A stretch of 64,000 nucleotides of DNA, taken from the NCBI GenBank assembly GCA_030141605.1, contig JAQGDQ010000034.1, forward strand, positions 124,001 to 188,000, in the 5' to 3' direction. The position numbers and the translations under genes were made by a program. Positions 53,042-64,000 of this stretch are shown one piece after another. The notes under the pieces were generated by a model. It saw only the letters and a program-made list of their open reading frames with translations. It was not told the origin of the DNA and ran no database searches. The DNA is from Tubiluchus corallicola (lineage: Eukaryota > Animalia > Priapulida). The first letter of the stretch is position 1. Every line of letters begins with the position of its first letter.

Positions 53042-56000
53042 TACTATATATATTACTATCTATATTACTCTCTATATATTACTATATAAAATTTGTATAT
53101 GCCTAACACCCAGACCAATAAGTTATGTAAAAGTAGAGACATAAGTTAAAAATGTAAAGCAAATTGCAAACAGGCAGCAAACAGGTCAATTTTCTATAAA
53201 CTTCTAGCAACACCAGTTTCCTCATTATATTTGGGTTATTCACATCAAAAGAATATGAGAAAAGAAAGTATAATTACTTATAAAGTTAGAACTAAGGCCC
53301 ATAAGAAGGTGGGAAAAACATATTTTTATTTCGAAATTTGAAAATGAACTAAATACGGAGCATTTAGATGTCCCAGAAAGGTCAGTAAGGGACAGACGAC
53401 AAAATGATCAAATGTGGGACATGTCCCGTATATAAGGGACGTCTGGCAACCTTACAGTAGCTCTACCTATTTAGTAAAAATAGAACCATCACACATGCCA
53501 AACAAACGTTACTCTACTCACCTTGGGCATCATGTTGTCAAGCATGACAATGTCGCAACCGGCAGCAGCAGCAGCCATGGCTTCTGATAAGTTCTGACAC
53601 TCTACTTCAATTTTTAAGGAGAAGCCGCAAGCTTTCCGCGCCATTTTCACTGCCTGGAAATTAAAAGTTTCCTGACAACTAAATGCACATTATTACATAA
53701 AAATTCAGTTCTTGTTTTTAACCTGTGCAATATGTTAGATTCTACGCAAGATAAAATACTGTAGTCGAGGTAAACATATGAGAAAGAAGACCTGAACTTC
53801 AAACAAATATATATATAAGGTCTTTTTGCTAGAAGTTTATGAGCAAACCCTAAAGTGTTCCAGAAAAAGTATGCCATAATACGTCCACACGAATACGGTT
53901 ACCCTGTATAATTTTAAGATAATGGCCCATTTAAGTTTCAGTGTTAAGAACTTGTTCAGTGTTCACTTTACCCCCTATAAACATATTACAAACAGACAGA
54001 AACATGCCACCAAATAACCAGATTGACATCAAAATGACAGGAACATTGTTAATTTGCATAATTTGAAGAGAAACATTGATAGGATAAGATTGCAAGATAA
54101 GGCGACCCACTTAAATTTCAACATATTAAAACTTTTTTCTTGTGCACTTTAGACTCAGTTTATTCACTTATTCCTAAATACTCTTAAAGCCAGAATTTCT
54201 GGTCAAAGATCATTGCCTCATTTTGTTTCCAAATCTGCAAATAGAATGTGAATAATTTCTACTTCTCCTCTGTACTCCTTAGATACTTGCTCCTTAACAT
54301 TTTGTAATTGATTGTCATCAATGTTTACGTGATAAACACTATTAAATCTGCTTACTTCTTCAATACTTTCTGCTGACCAAATGTGATTATCCTTTAACAT
54401 CACCATGGAAGACAAATCATATCTATGAGTGGAAACGCCACCAACTAACAAAGCGTATTTCTCAACCATTCGAAACCCGGGTGTCGTCTTCCTTGTCCCG
54501 GCTATCTCCCCATGCCAGTTTGCAGTGTGCTTCTTCCCCGCAAGGTGCCTAGCAACTGTTGCTATGCCACACGCTCGAGTGATGCAGTTCAAAGCGACCC
54601 GTTCACCAAGCAGAAGTTTTCTTGCACTTCCAGTAACTGTTGCGACCTGAAAACATAGTAAAAATTATGAACAAAATGACTGCACATCTTTGTATAAAAC
54701 GAACTACAGAAATAATACGTTAATAAAATCAATACGTCAATCTAGGGTTATTGATTTCCTTTGTCAACAAGTAAATTTCCTGTTCCTTTACATTTATATT
54801 TATTGTATGCAATGCCAGAGTGCACAACTTGCCTGTTGGAGCTGACACTAAGCTTACGACTAGCACACTAATCTAGTAATTGTTGTTGGTACCAGCCACA
54901 CACCAGAAATGTCACTAAAAAGCTTCCTGGTTTAGTGAAGCATTGGTTGTTAAAAATACATAATGAAAAAGCTCACAGTAACTTTTGGGCAGTCACTCGG
55001 TAAACTCTCTGACTAGCTCGCACTCAGTCTCCGGCAAGGCAGACTCTTGAACTGCTTTTATGTTTGGCAAACGTGGCTCAATGGAAAAATTTATCTCTCA
55101 TCACATATCTTTTGTCATTGTAATATGTTTGGAACAGTGATGTACGAAAAGTGAGTCAACTTAAAATAAACAGATGTCAAACACCAAACCTGCTGTACAG
55201 TGTTTTTTCTCACCAAAGTAATGTACTAGCAAAGGATCGTCAAAGAGAACAATTACAACAGGAACAATGCAAAATACTAATGAGAATCCTAGTGAAGAAA
55301 GAGAAAATCTTAGTATCTTTAGCATCTTAAATGCAACAATGCAACTAAATGTCACTCCAAACAAACAGCACACCTTTACTGGGAGCTCGGCAAATCCATT
55401 ATCCTGACAGAAATCTGTGCCCTCTGGATAATCCCATTCGACTTCGCAGCCGAGAGTATGAAACACTGCATTAAAAAATGGGCATCCTGCCAGAACACCT
55501 AAAATTGTAAAGCCAAATAATATTACGAGGTTGCAACTTCATTTTAGCAGCTTTTCATGTATTCACAAAGCCAAAATTACTAAACATGTTCTTGGGAGAA
55601 AATCATTGTAAACAAAATATGAATACCATAAATGATAAATGCTCTTGCTTCTACAAAACTGAGTATTATCATGGTCATAATAATTTATTATACATGATCC
55701 TATTTAAAAAAAAATTGCTTATTTATGCAGGGTGTTGTGCAACACACAAATCCACTGAACCTGAAAGACCCAGCAAGATAAAAATGCAATAAAATTAGAA
55801 CATTCTTAAGAATATATCACAAAAACAGGATATTTGATTCATGCACAAAAATAATGATTTTAACCTACTTATGTTCTATCTATAGAAGTCACCTATTCAA
55901 CTGTGCATATATTAGTACAGTTACATTTGGGCTGGCACATTACTAAACTCAATCATGAATCTAGTTGAGTGAGCTTTGGAGGTAATCTTACAAATTCTTG

Positions 56001-58199
56001 CCCATCACACTGAGCATTTTTTATGATTCTTCACTACGAAATGTGCTTTTTAGCTCTCTCTCAATTAGGTCTGGAGCCACAAGAGTTTGCTTCATAGTTC
56101 AGGCAGTTTTAAACGTTTAGGCTAAGAAATTGTTTTTAAATGATGAAAAAGAAAATGTTGTAGTAGCTTTCCACAAAATTTATATTAGGAATAATCCCAT
56201 GCCCTCAGTATAAACAACTTTTAAGTGTACTTTTTGACAAAACCATTTAAAATGCACATTGAAGTTTTTGTCTTGCTTTAATGTTAATTAATTCAACCAT
56301 TTATGAAACTTTTTGCAAATCGATATTGATTATAAATAGAGACAGTAAGAATTTGAAAGCCATTTATTTAACGACATTTCAGAAGAATATTTGGGTAATT
56401 CCCCACTAAGTTTACAATTCTAATATAAGAAATTAGTGTGTGAAGCGGATGAAGGTTAGAGTTAGGATTTTCTCACTTTTCTCTGATCACTTTCTTTAAT
56501 ACGCAATTTAAATTAATATCTTCCATCACAATAATGTTTTTAACCCTTTGTCTCTCTATCTGTCTTTATCTCTTTCCTTGCCTATACCTTCAATGTATTT
56601 TCCCATATTCTTTCTTTCTTTATACCTGGGACACTTTACACAAACATATATGCTTCTCAAGCGTCCTACTTAGATACTAGTTTTTTAAGGTTCTGATTTG
56701 ATTATACACTGTCATTCTAGCTCAAATGTATGTAATTATGTAGACCTAACAAACTTATAATCATCATCATCACCATCACCATCACCACTATCATCATCAT
56801 CATCATCATCATCATCATTATATTTAATTGTAAAGGTAAGAGCCTTTTCATTTTGTTATATTTTGCGGCAGATTTCAGTCCGAATATCATGCTACATAAA
56901 TGGTTTTGGATTACTCTACTAGCAATGTCAGCCTTTATAGCAGAGTTTCAAGTGAGAATTTCAACAGTTTCAAGGAACCACAAACTGTTCTTATCTAACA
57001 ATTTTCCTAAGAAAGGCTTTACCTCGGGATTTTTTGTAGATATCCGACCCCACTGAAAGCTGTTCTTTTGGAGAAATACCTTCTCTGAACCTCTGTTGTA
57101 CATGTCTCACTACCCTACTGCATTATCCTTGTCTCTCCAAAAAGAATTTTATCATCATTATTCATTTCCACATAGCTAGAAGGTCTAATAATTTGAGAAT
57201 ATTGTGTAAGAACTTTACAAGACAGTGGTCATCTTGAAAAATTCATTCACATAAATTTCCAGCTACATTACGACATGCACAACTTCTCTATTTATCACCA
57301 GTACCTAGTTATTTCGTTCTGCTCTTTTTTAAAAATTAACGATCCCATTTGCACAAGTAATCAAAATGTATACATGGACTAAAGTACAACAAATTCCGCA
57401 TTTAATAATGTCAATTGCAAAACTGTAAAACAGCAGCAGTGTAAATGCAGTTACACAACAACTGTGGCATTTCTACTGTAGATGCAAATGTAATTGAGTA
57501 AGATGGAACTATGAGTACAGAAAAATATTTAATTTTAAGCAAAATGAAAATGTAGAACAACTTAAGTATTATCATAGTATCATTCCGATAAATTTTTTAA
57601 CTGACAGTCGTAAGTTGGGATTTTTAAGAAAAATTCCAAATTCCAAATCACTTGTTATACCTAAAATGTTGTATTTTATGAATGACTCAGATGTTTATTT
57701 AAGAATAAGGTATGGTTGCACTTTTTGCAATCAGTATAAAAAGAAAAGTGAGAAAAGCATTTTATGAATGTGTAAGCAACTACATGTAGCATGATGCGAT
57801 GTGTATCATCTTTTGTTTTTTAATTACTAACAAAAATTATCTTTCTATTGTATTAATTATTTATGCTAAAACTGCCTTGCTGTATAACACTTTTGTACGA
57901 TTAAAAGAAAAACAGTAGCAATAGCTGACCAGGTAGAAATTACACGGCCAGGTATCAGCTCATTTAAATATACCTTCTGATTTGCAAAACAGGAAAGCTG
58001 TTTCTTGTTTATCTTTGACCACGTAACCACCATAGTCAAAACTGGATGTGTCCTCATTTAACCAATGCTCTACGCATTCCTTTAACTTAACGGGATGAAG
58101 TAAGGACGAGAAGTCAGGATCGGATGTCGCCTCAGCATCCTCAAAGTCAGTTAATCTGTTTGGAGATTTTTGCGTGTTCTTCTTCTTGGGGATATTCAT
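51328..58199 (-). CDS. QPRT: Quinolinate phosphoribosyltransferase (nicotinate-nucleotide pyrophosphorylase), 5 coding exons, 322 aa
   Basis: Exons 58199-57974, 55498-55374, 54646-54356, 53653-53522 and 51522-51328 (969 nt, all GT-AG, in frame). [63 protein letters not shown]. Confidence 0.96.
52783..53454. mobile_element. hAT (Tip100-like) MITE in a QPRT intron
   Basis: TIRs TAGGGTTGCCAGA / TCTGGCAACCTTA. 8-bp TSD CAGTAGCC / CAGTAGCT. Confidence 0.88.
56760..56820. repeat. (CAT/CAC)n microsatellite, possibly the tail of a minus-strand RTE LINE fragment
   Basis: The repeat is visible directly. The LINE assignment is tentative. Confidence 0.75.
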
Positions 58200-60289
58200 G
58201 ACGTCTGAAAAGAAAATGGAATTCCGTGTAAATATCTGCAGATACGAAACAGCATCAACAGCAGATATGAGAATACAATACAACTGTGCTTAATGGAATT
58301 AGTGGCATGATTTAGGCAGAAATCCTGGAAGGTTTGTTTACAATAAACTTGAGGAAGCAAAATTTTGGAGACCATAAATCCCGTAAATCATAACTAGATG
58401 AATCTAGAGTCTGACTCTGAAATTTATGCATGTACTTAGATGCATTGACCTCCTGTAGCCAAAACAAAGCTTTACAGTGTAACCACTTCCAAAGGGTTTA
58501 ATCTTATGTAACCAACACTTTGATTTTTGACTGACTTAGTCTTTTAAAACAGAGTTTTTATTTTTTATTATTGGCAGGTATTGCAAGTAATTTCAACAAG
58601 AGTAACATGCTGAGTAGCTTTAACAAGATTCAAATTAAACTTAACGAAATGTCAAAATTTCTAGACAACTGTTGTTACTTTCAAAAGTTTAAAAATAATG
58701 ACAAAAAACACACATCATGATCAAAATGTAGATTTGATGGCAATACTGCTATGTTTCAAACATGTTCAAAATTACTGTAAAATAACTATATAAATCAGTA
58801 ATAACTAACACGTGATAAAAGAGTGACTTGTCATACTGTGCATTAATATCTTTTATACAAGTATGAATCTGCGAAGAGTGATGAAAGGCCGAGACTTACT
58901 CAAAGCAAACAAATATAGTAGGCCGAGAACCTATCTCATTATAACAGATAGATGGAGATTAACTTAACTTGACTTTGTTTTAAGTATACCTAAATTTACG
59001 AAATTTGCTTTATGTTCGGTGTGGCTTATCGTTGGTTAATAATGTGAATAAACAATTTTAAAAACACATACACAGCAAACAACTTGGCTATTCGCTTCGT
59101 CAGCGAATGTTGCTGACTGTATGTTTTAAGAGTGAATCAATGAAAAAGATCCTTTTCACAACATACTGAAGAAGCGAAAAGATGGACTTAGCTTTTCTTG
59201 ATGACGGTTAGGTGGTTTACTAACGCTTACACGAAGTTGGGCAATAATTATCTATATTATCTATCAACAATTCAGATAGACTGATGTTCAAGAAACTCAA
59301 GTTGTTTACTATTTAAACAATGCACACCCTAATACAAACTAAGATAGTAATATAAATGTAGTCTAAACACAAAGCATTGAAATTTACTTTATGCCAGAGA
59401 AATTAAAACGACTGCAAATCACAAGGGAATGTAGTATATTTCAAAGTTGCAACATACTAAATTTCATACTTGGATTTAATTTCGTAATCGAACTTAAAAT
59501 CTCACTGCAAATTTTTATTTGTGTTATTGCAATACACTTCAACTGCTATTCTTCAGCAAATTAAATCACTACAAAATTTCCCCTTAAAATAGTTGGGAAT
59601 ATCTGATCCAGATAGTTTATGACAAAAATATATTAACAATCAAAAAGCCATTCATTTAACAAATCAGATCTAGTTTCATTACAAGTCTATAAACTTAATG
59701 CAACAGGACAGCCATTACTTTCAGCAGCTTGCTTAGGTACCGTATATTCATCATATTTCTACTAATCGCTCTGTTAACAATGCTAAATTGTTTAAACAGC
59801 CAACACTCTTGAGCTCTGCTCAAAAAAATCAAATTTTATGTGCAGCACATGCGACAAATTGCAAACACAATATTGGTGAAGTGATGCGTGTACGTGGAAA
59901 AAACTCGTTATTCAAGAGGTAAGTGTGCTGGTGCTCAAAGCCATTAATGTAACTATGGCCCATTCATACTGTTATGCTCATTGGACTACGCACAACATTT
60001 AAAAACAGAAATGTAAGACCTTTGAATATATACAATACTGTAACTTTTAATTTTTATTAAAATAAAATTACATGCAACACTGAATGAACAGTACGGGTAA
60101 AAAGTAATTTAAATTACTGAATAGCAAATTAGGTAAGCTCTGATGTGAAAATTCTGCTCCCCAAACAAAGGCAGGACAGATTTTCTTGTAGTCTAGTAAA
60201 GCTTGATCATTTGTAACTTTAATGCCCAAAATTTCGCACATTAGAAGTGTAATATATAATAACCACATTAAACATCAACATGCTGTAGT

Positions 60290-61097
60290 ACAGCCATAAA
60301 AAAGGGTGTTGCATGTTCTGCTGCACGCCATACTGAAGATGGTAGACATTGCGTACCGGAGTCACCTTGTTGCTCCGTAGGTATCGAGTGCGCTGGATGA
60401 ATGAATTTCCTTAATGTATTCATTCCTTCTTTCTGTTTCTTTGTTCTACCACTTTTTTCTGGTGTAGGTGTAGCATTTTCAACATAATACTTGGCAACTG
60501 TGGAAACACGTTCTTCACTTATACCTGCAAAACACACAAAACAATTATCCATAGGTCTTTATATTGGACAAGATGACACATATTCAGTTTACTATATCTA
60601 AAGTCATTCGAAAAACCAGAAAAAACAACATAAAAAATTAAACATTGCTTTAACAAGAAATATTGATTGTAGTATGAGAATGAACAATAAAAATGAATAT
60701 GCCATCAATAAGAATCCAGGATACAAACAGGTAATCTTACCGAAAACGGACATAAATGTGCTTTTGCAAACAGGTATCTTCTCAATCAGCTGCATGTCAT
60801 TCTCTCTGAAAAGGTGGTACTTGATTATAACATGTGGCTTTTTTATTCTATCTTTCACTTGCACTCCATCAATAGAAGAAAATTCTAACAAAACTGAAAG
60901 GGCTTTGTCCTGCTGTGCTTTGCTGGATGATCTATTGAATTCAGAATGGTTCAATTCCAAATCTTTGCTAGTAAGCAAGTTGGCACAGCAGAAATTTTGA
61001 CTGTCTTCTGCGTTATGAGGGCACGCTATTGTTGGAGATTTTGAGACTTCGCTGCATTTGAACATCATTTTTGTCCCTCGCTGCTCCTGACCATTTT
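60290..61097 (-). mobile_element. Intron-containing Sola-like transposase N-terminal fragment
   Basis: An exon 61097-60741 (...KAQQDKAL...IKYHL...VCKSTFMSVFG) splices via a GT-AG intron to ISEERVSTVAKYYVE...PEKSG. This resembles the Sola VCK.F...GIS..R motif. The frame degenerates afterwards. Confidence 0.55.
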
Positions 61098-63237
61098 CTG
61101 AAAATGTTAAATGCTTCAGTAAAGTCGTAAAAATCTATAATTACGTCCGTAGTTTAACAAAACACTTATTCCACTCATACTGTATGCAGCATTACTGCAA
61201 CAGTGATAGTAGCAGCAAAAGCACCACGGCAATAGACAAGTCCAATTTCACCTGTGCATCATAATATCATAGTCATCATAATCTACCTTGCACACAATTA
61301 TTTATGACATTAAGGAAATCCCCAAAAACTTTTTGCCTCATAGTCATCTATGTTTGTATCCAAATCTAACAACTATAGCCATTTATTTATACTTAAACGG
61401 ACATGTATAAGTTTTTTAAAATTATCTAAATAGAATCATAGATTTTGGAAAGCTGAAAACTATTTTATTATGCAAAGCTTACTATTGTTCTTGATTTTAT
61501 GGATACATTTTATGGTCAAAGTACTCATTCGAGTTTTTCATACAATGTAAGACTGTAAGTTGCGTGCAGGTGATCGACAAGTGTGCAGTACAAGCAACAT
61601 ACAAACTTCATGTAGACAGTCATATCAATATTACCACATGCACGACTTTGTATTCGTGAAAGGTTGCTTCTATCGTAACATTGCAATTTCTAATAAAACT
61701 TTTTACCAAGAAGGGCATGTCATTTAAACCAAATTGTGATTAGACAGAGTGTCACAAAGCGCACCTTAAAAAAGGAAAATATATCCATCTGCAGTAAACG
61801 TGGGTTTACACACGAAATAGAAATAATTCATAGTAACATAAAACACAGTTTTGTAACTAACATAAAACAGAGTTAAGCAAATTAATCACATAATATCAAA
61901 ATATCAATACCACTCAATAGCTGCTAAACATGATGAGAGTAAACTCAATGTCGAGTCATATACATGGCTATACCATCATTACCTCCATTATTGTACTGCC
62001 ATTATGATATGTGTGCTTGCATGCCAAAACCGTCCATAAGTTGGCACAGTTAAAACTACGTTGTGATGCTTCAAAGTAGAATGAACCAAAAATTTTGTCA
62101 AATGTCAATTTTTCGTATTTTGTAAAAACCAATGCTAAATATGTTGGGCCTTTATATTCTAGCATCAAATTATCAAGAAAATGTTCAAAAAACACTAAAA
62201 ATTTAATTTTACAACTCCTTAAAAAACTTGTAACTTCAATGTGTTCTTGCAAGGTCCATAGCAACCAACATTTGTAAGGTTTGCTAAATGTTTTGTAAAA
62301 AGGCGACAAAAAACAATGGCTAACTTTAACAGGGATTGTCTCAATGTTATGTTTTTCGGTGAGTACCCTGCATCTCAACTTCAATGTCGATTAACCCAAC
62401 TTAGAAAGAACATAGAGTGAGGAACTTGGTATCCACACGATCCAAATGACAAGGAGATTCAGGATATGTGAATAACTAGAACAAGTTAACTGCTGACTTA
62501 TGGACGATTTTGCTACGCAAATAGTTCAATATTGTTAACCACTACCTTTGATAATACCAAGATCAGTAATGAGCTCTGCAGAAACTGGAAAGTTTGCGCC
62601 TCCAGAAAATCGATTAAAGTGCTGTTTGCTATTAAAGCCAATTACAGCATCAAGAAGTTTTACATTACATATAAATAAGCTTCCAAATCAACAAACCTTC
62701 CTCAGACAGACACACATCCGCATGAATTTCAAGTACTGATGACGTTTCTGCTAAGTCTTTACCATTTTCAGAGGTTTGATCGCAGCTTTCAGTTGTCTAT
62801 ATAATTACATAACGAATAAAATGAGAAACATATTCAGAAATATATGATTTATGTTTAATTTATATGACTTATTTTACCTGACTGCAACACAAAAAAGTGA
62901 ACAAAAATAAAATGATACAAACAATTTATATTAATATGAAATATGTTTAGTCTTATAGTGATAGCAATGCCAATATGCTGAGACTGAACTGTTTCTATTT
63001 AAAGATGCAATTTAAAGTAATTTCAGACTACTACAGCTTGAGGATTCATATGTACAGAGTTATACTCTCTATCTATAGAGGCAATTTACGAAAAAACATA
63101 CTTACGAGAGAACGTAGTGCATACAAAAGATAATACACAGATAAAACAAGATGTAATTGTCTTGAATAGAAAGGGTCAATACTACTCACAGCACTATAAA
63201 CAGTTTTTCCATTGATAACTAAAACATTTCTTCTCAC

Positions 63238-63588
63238 CTCTTTTCTTTTTCTTTTTTTGATTTGCTTTCCTGCGTGCATCTGTTGTTTTGGTTGTGGTGC
63301 AGGCGAACGATCAAAAAGCAATGGGACTGCATCCGCTTTCAGTCTCCTTTTTACAGGTGGTGGCGGCAGTCCCATAATTCTATGATACATGCTTTCTTCA
63401 AAGCAATCGTGGGTAAAATGTTTCGAGCAAAGTCTGCTTGCTGGAGTCACTGTAAAATCTGGATGTCCCATGTGATGAAGCCACCTTTTTAGCAGGTCAG
63501 GCTTATTTAGAGGGAAACGATGCCAGGATAACCCAGGATCTTTTGTCCTGTGTGTGTTGCCGCAGTTTGGTGCTTTACAAATGGGCAT
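63238..63588 (-). CDS. THAP-domain (C2CH zinc finger) first coding exon; downstream exons unresolved
   Basis: MPICKAPNC...WHRFP...KRW...RLCSKHF...CF...RLKADAVP plus a basic NLS-like KKRKRK. Donor GAG|gtgaga after 117 codons. Confidence 0.9.
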
Positions 63589-64000
63589 TGTCCGTATACT
63601 ATGGCTTATCACAGTATTGATAAGGCTATAATAACCAGCAGCTTTTCAACAGACTCCACATTGTACCAGTCTGAAGCCAAGTAATCCCATTAGCCATCGT
63701 GGCTCACGATGCACTGTCTCTTACGCCTAAAGATATGTTAGTCAAATTCTCTTATACCCTATCCACACACGTCAAGATTAATCTATAAAATGTTTGTACG
63801 ATAGTATGAATTTTCAAGCAAAGTACATGAATCAAATGCACAGGAACACTGTTAATTTGCAAAACCGTTATACATTTTGCTCATCTCTTCATAACTTACA
63901 TGTAACTAACTATATATTGTCACAACCCAAATTTGTATTGCTATTTGTTGCAAATGGCTCTGAAAATTTTCATCTACAGCAAGTCCTTGCTTAATGACGT

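Noticed and set aside
54429-54650. Antisense ORFs overlapping real exons (also 38326-38523, 44136-44366, 63262-63492)
   Set aside because: Shadows of genuine coding sequence on the opposite strand or in another frame.
61300-62780. Possible very old Penelope RT relic and degenerate hammerhead (~62740-62775)
   Set aside because: Only faint motif resemblance (NKTFYQ, YVGPL), core mismatch CTGAAAA and no stem I. Not supportable without a search.

Overview
AT-rich genomic DNA from an intron-containing eukaryote, probably a marine invertebrate (GT-AG introns, metazoan transposon families, no operons or CRISPR). All calls come from reading the sequence by hand; no database search was run. 0.9-7.0 kb is a near-identical ~2.15 kb tandem array (2 full copies plus 1 partial). 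Each copy carries an exon-like cassette whose 5' part is hypervariable but keeps its reading frame. 7-21 kb is a nested transposon graveyard: hAT-Buster, BEL/Pao with LTR, GalEa-type Copia, Merlin, a CR1 split by a Tc2/pogo MITE, Gypsy and a SINE. 22.9-45.6 kb holds four consecutive Golgi/ER glycan-modifying genes: EXTL2-like GT64, two carbohydrate sulfotransferases and XXYLT1-like GT8. An inverted pair of Penelope-type minimal hammerhead ribozymes lies among them. The rest contains a decayed antistasin-like exon, a LINE split by a solo LTR, an intact 5-exon QPRT gene, a spliced Sola-like transposase fragment and a THAP-domain exon.
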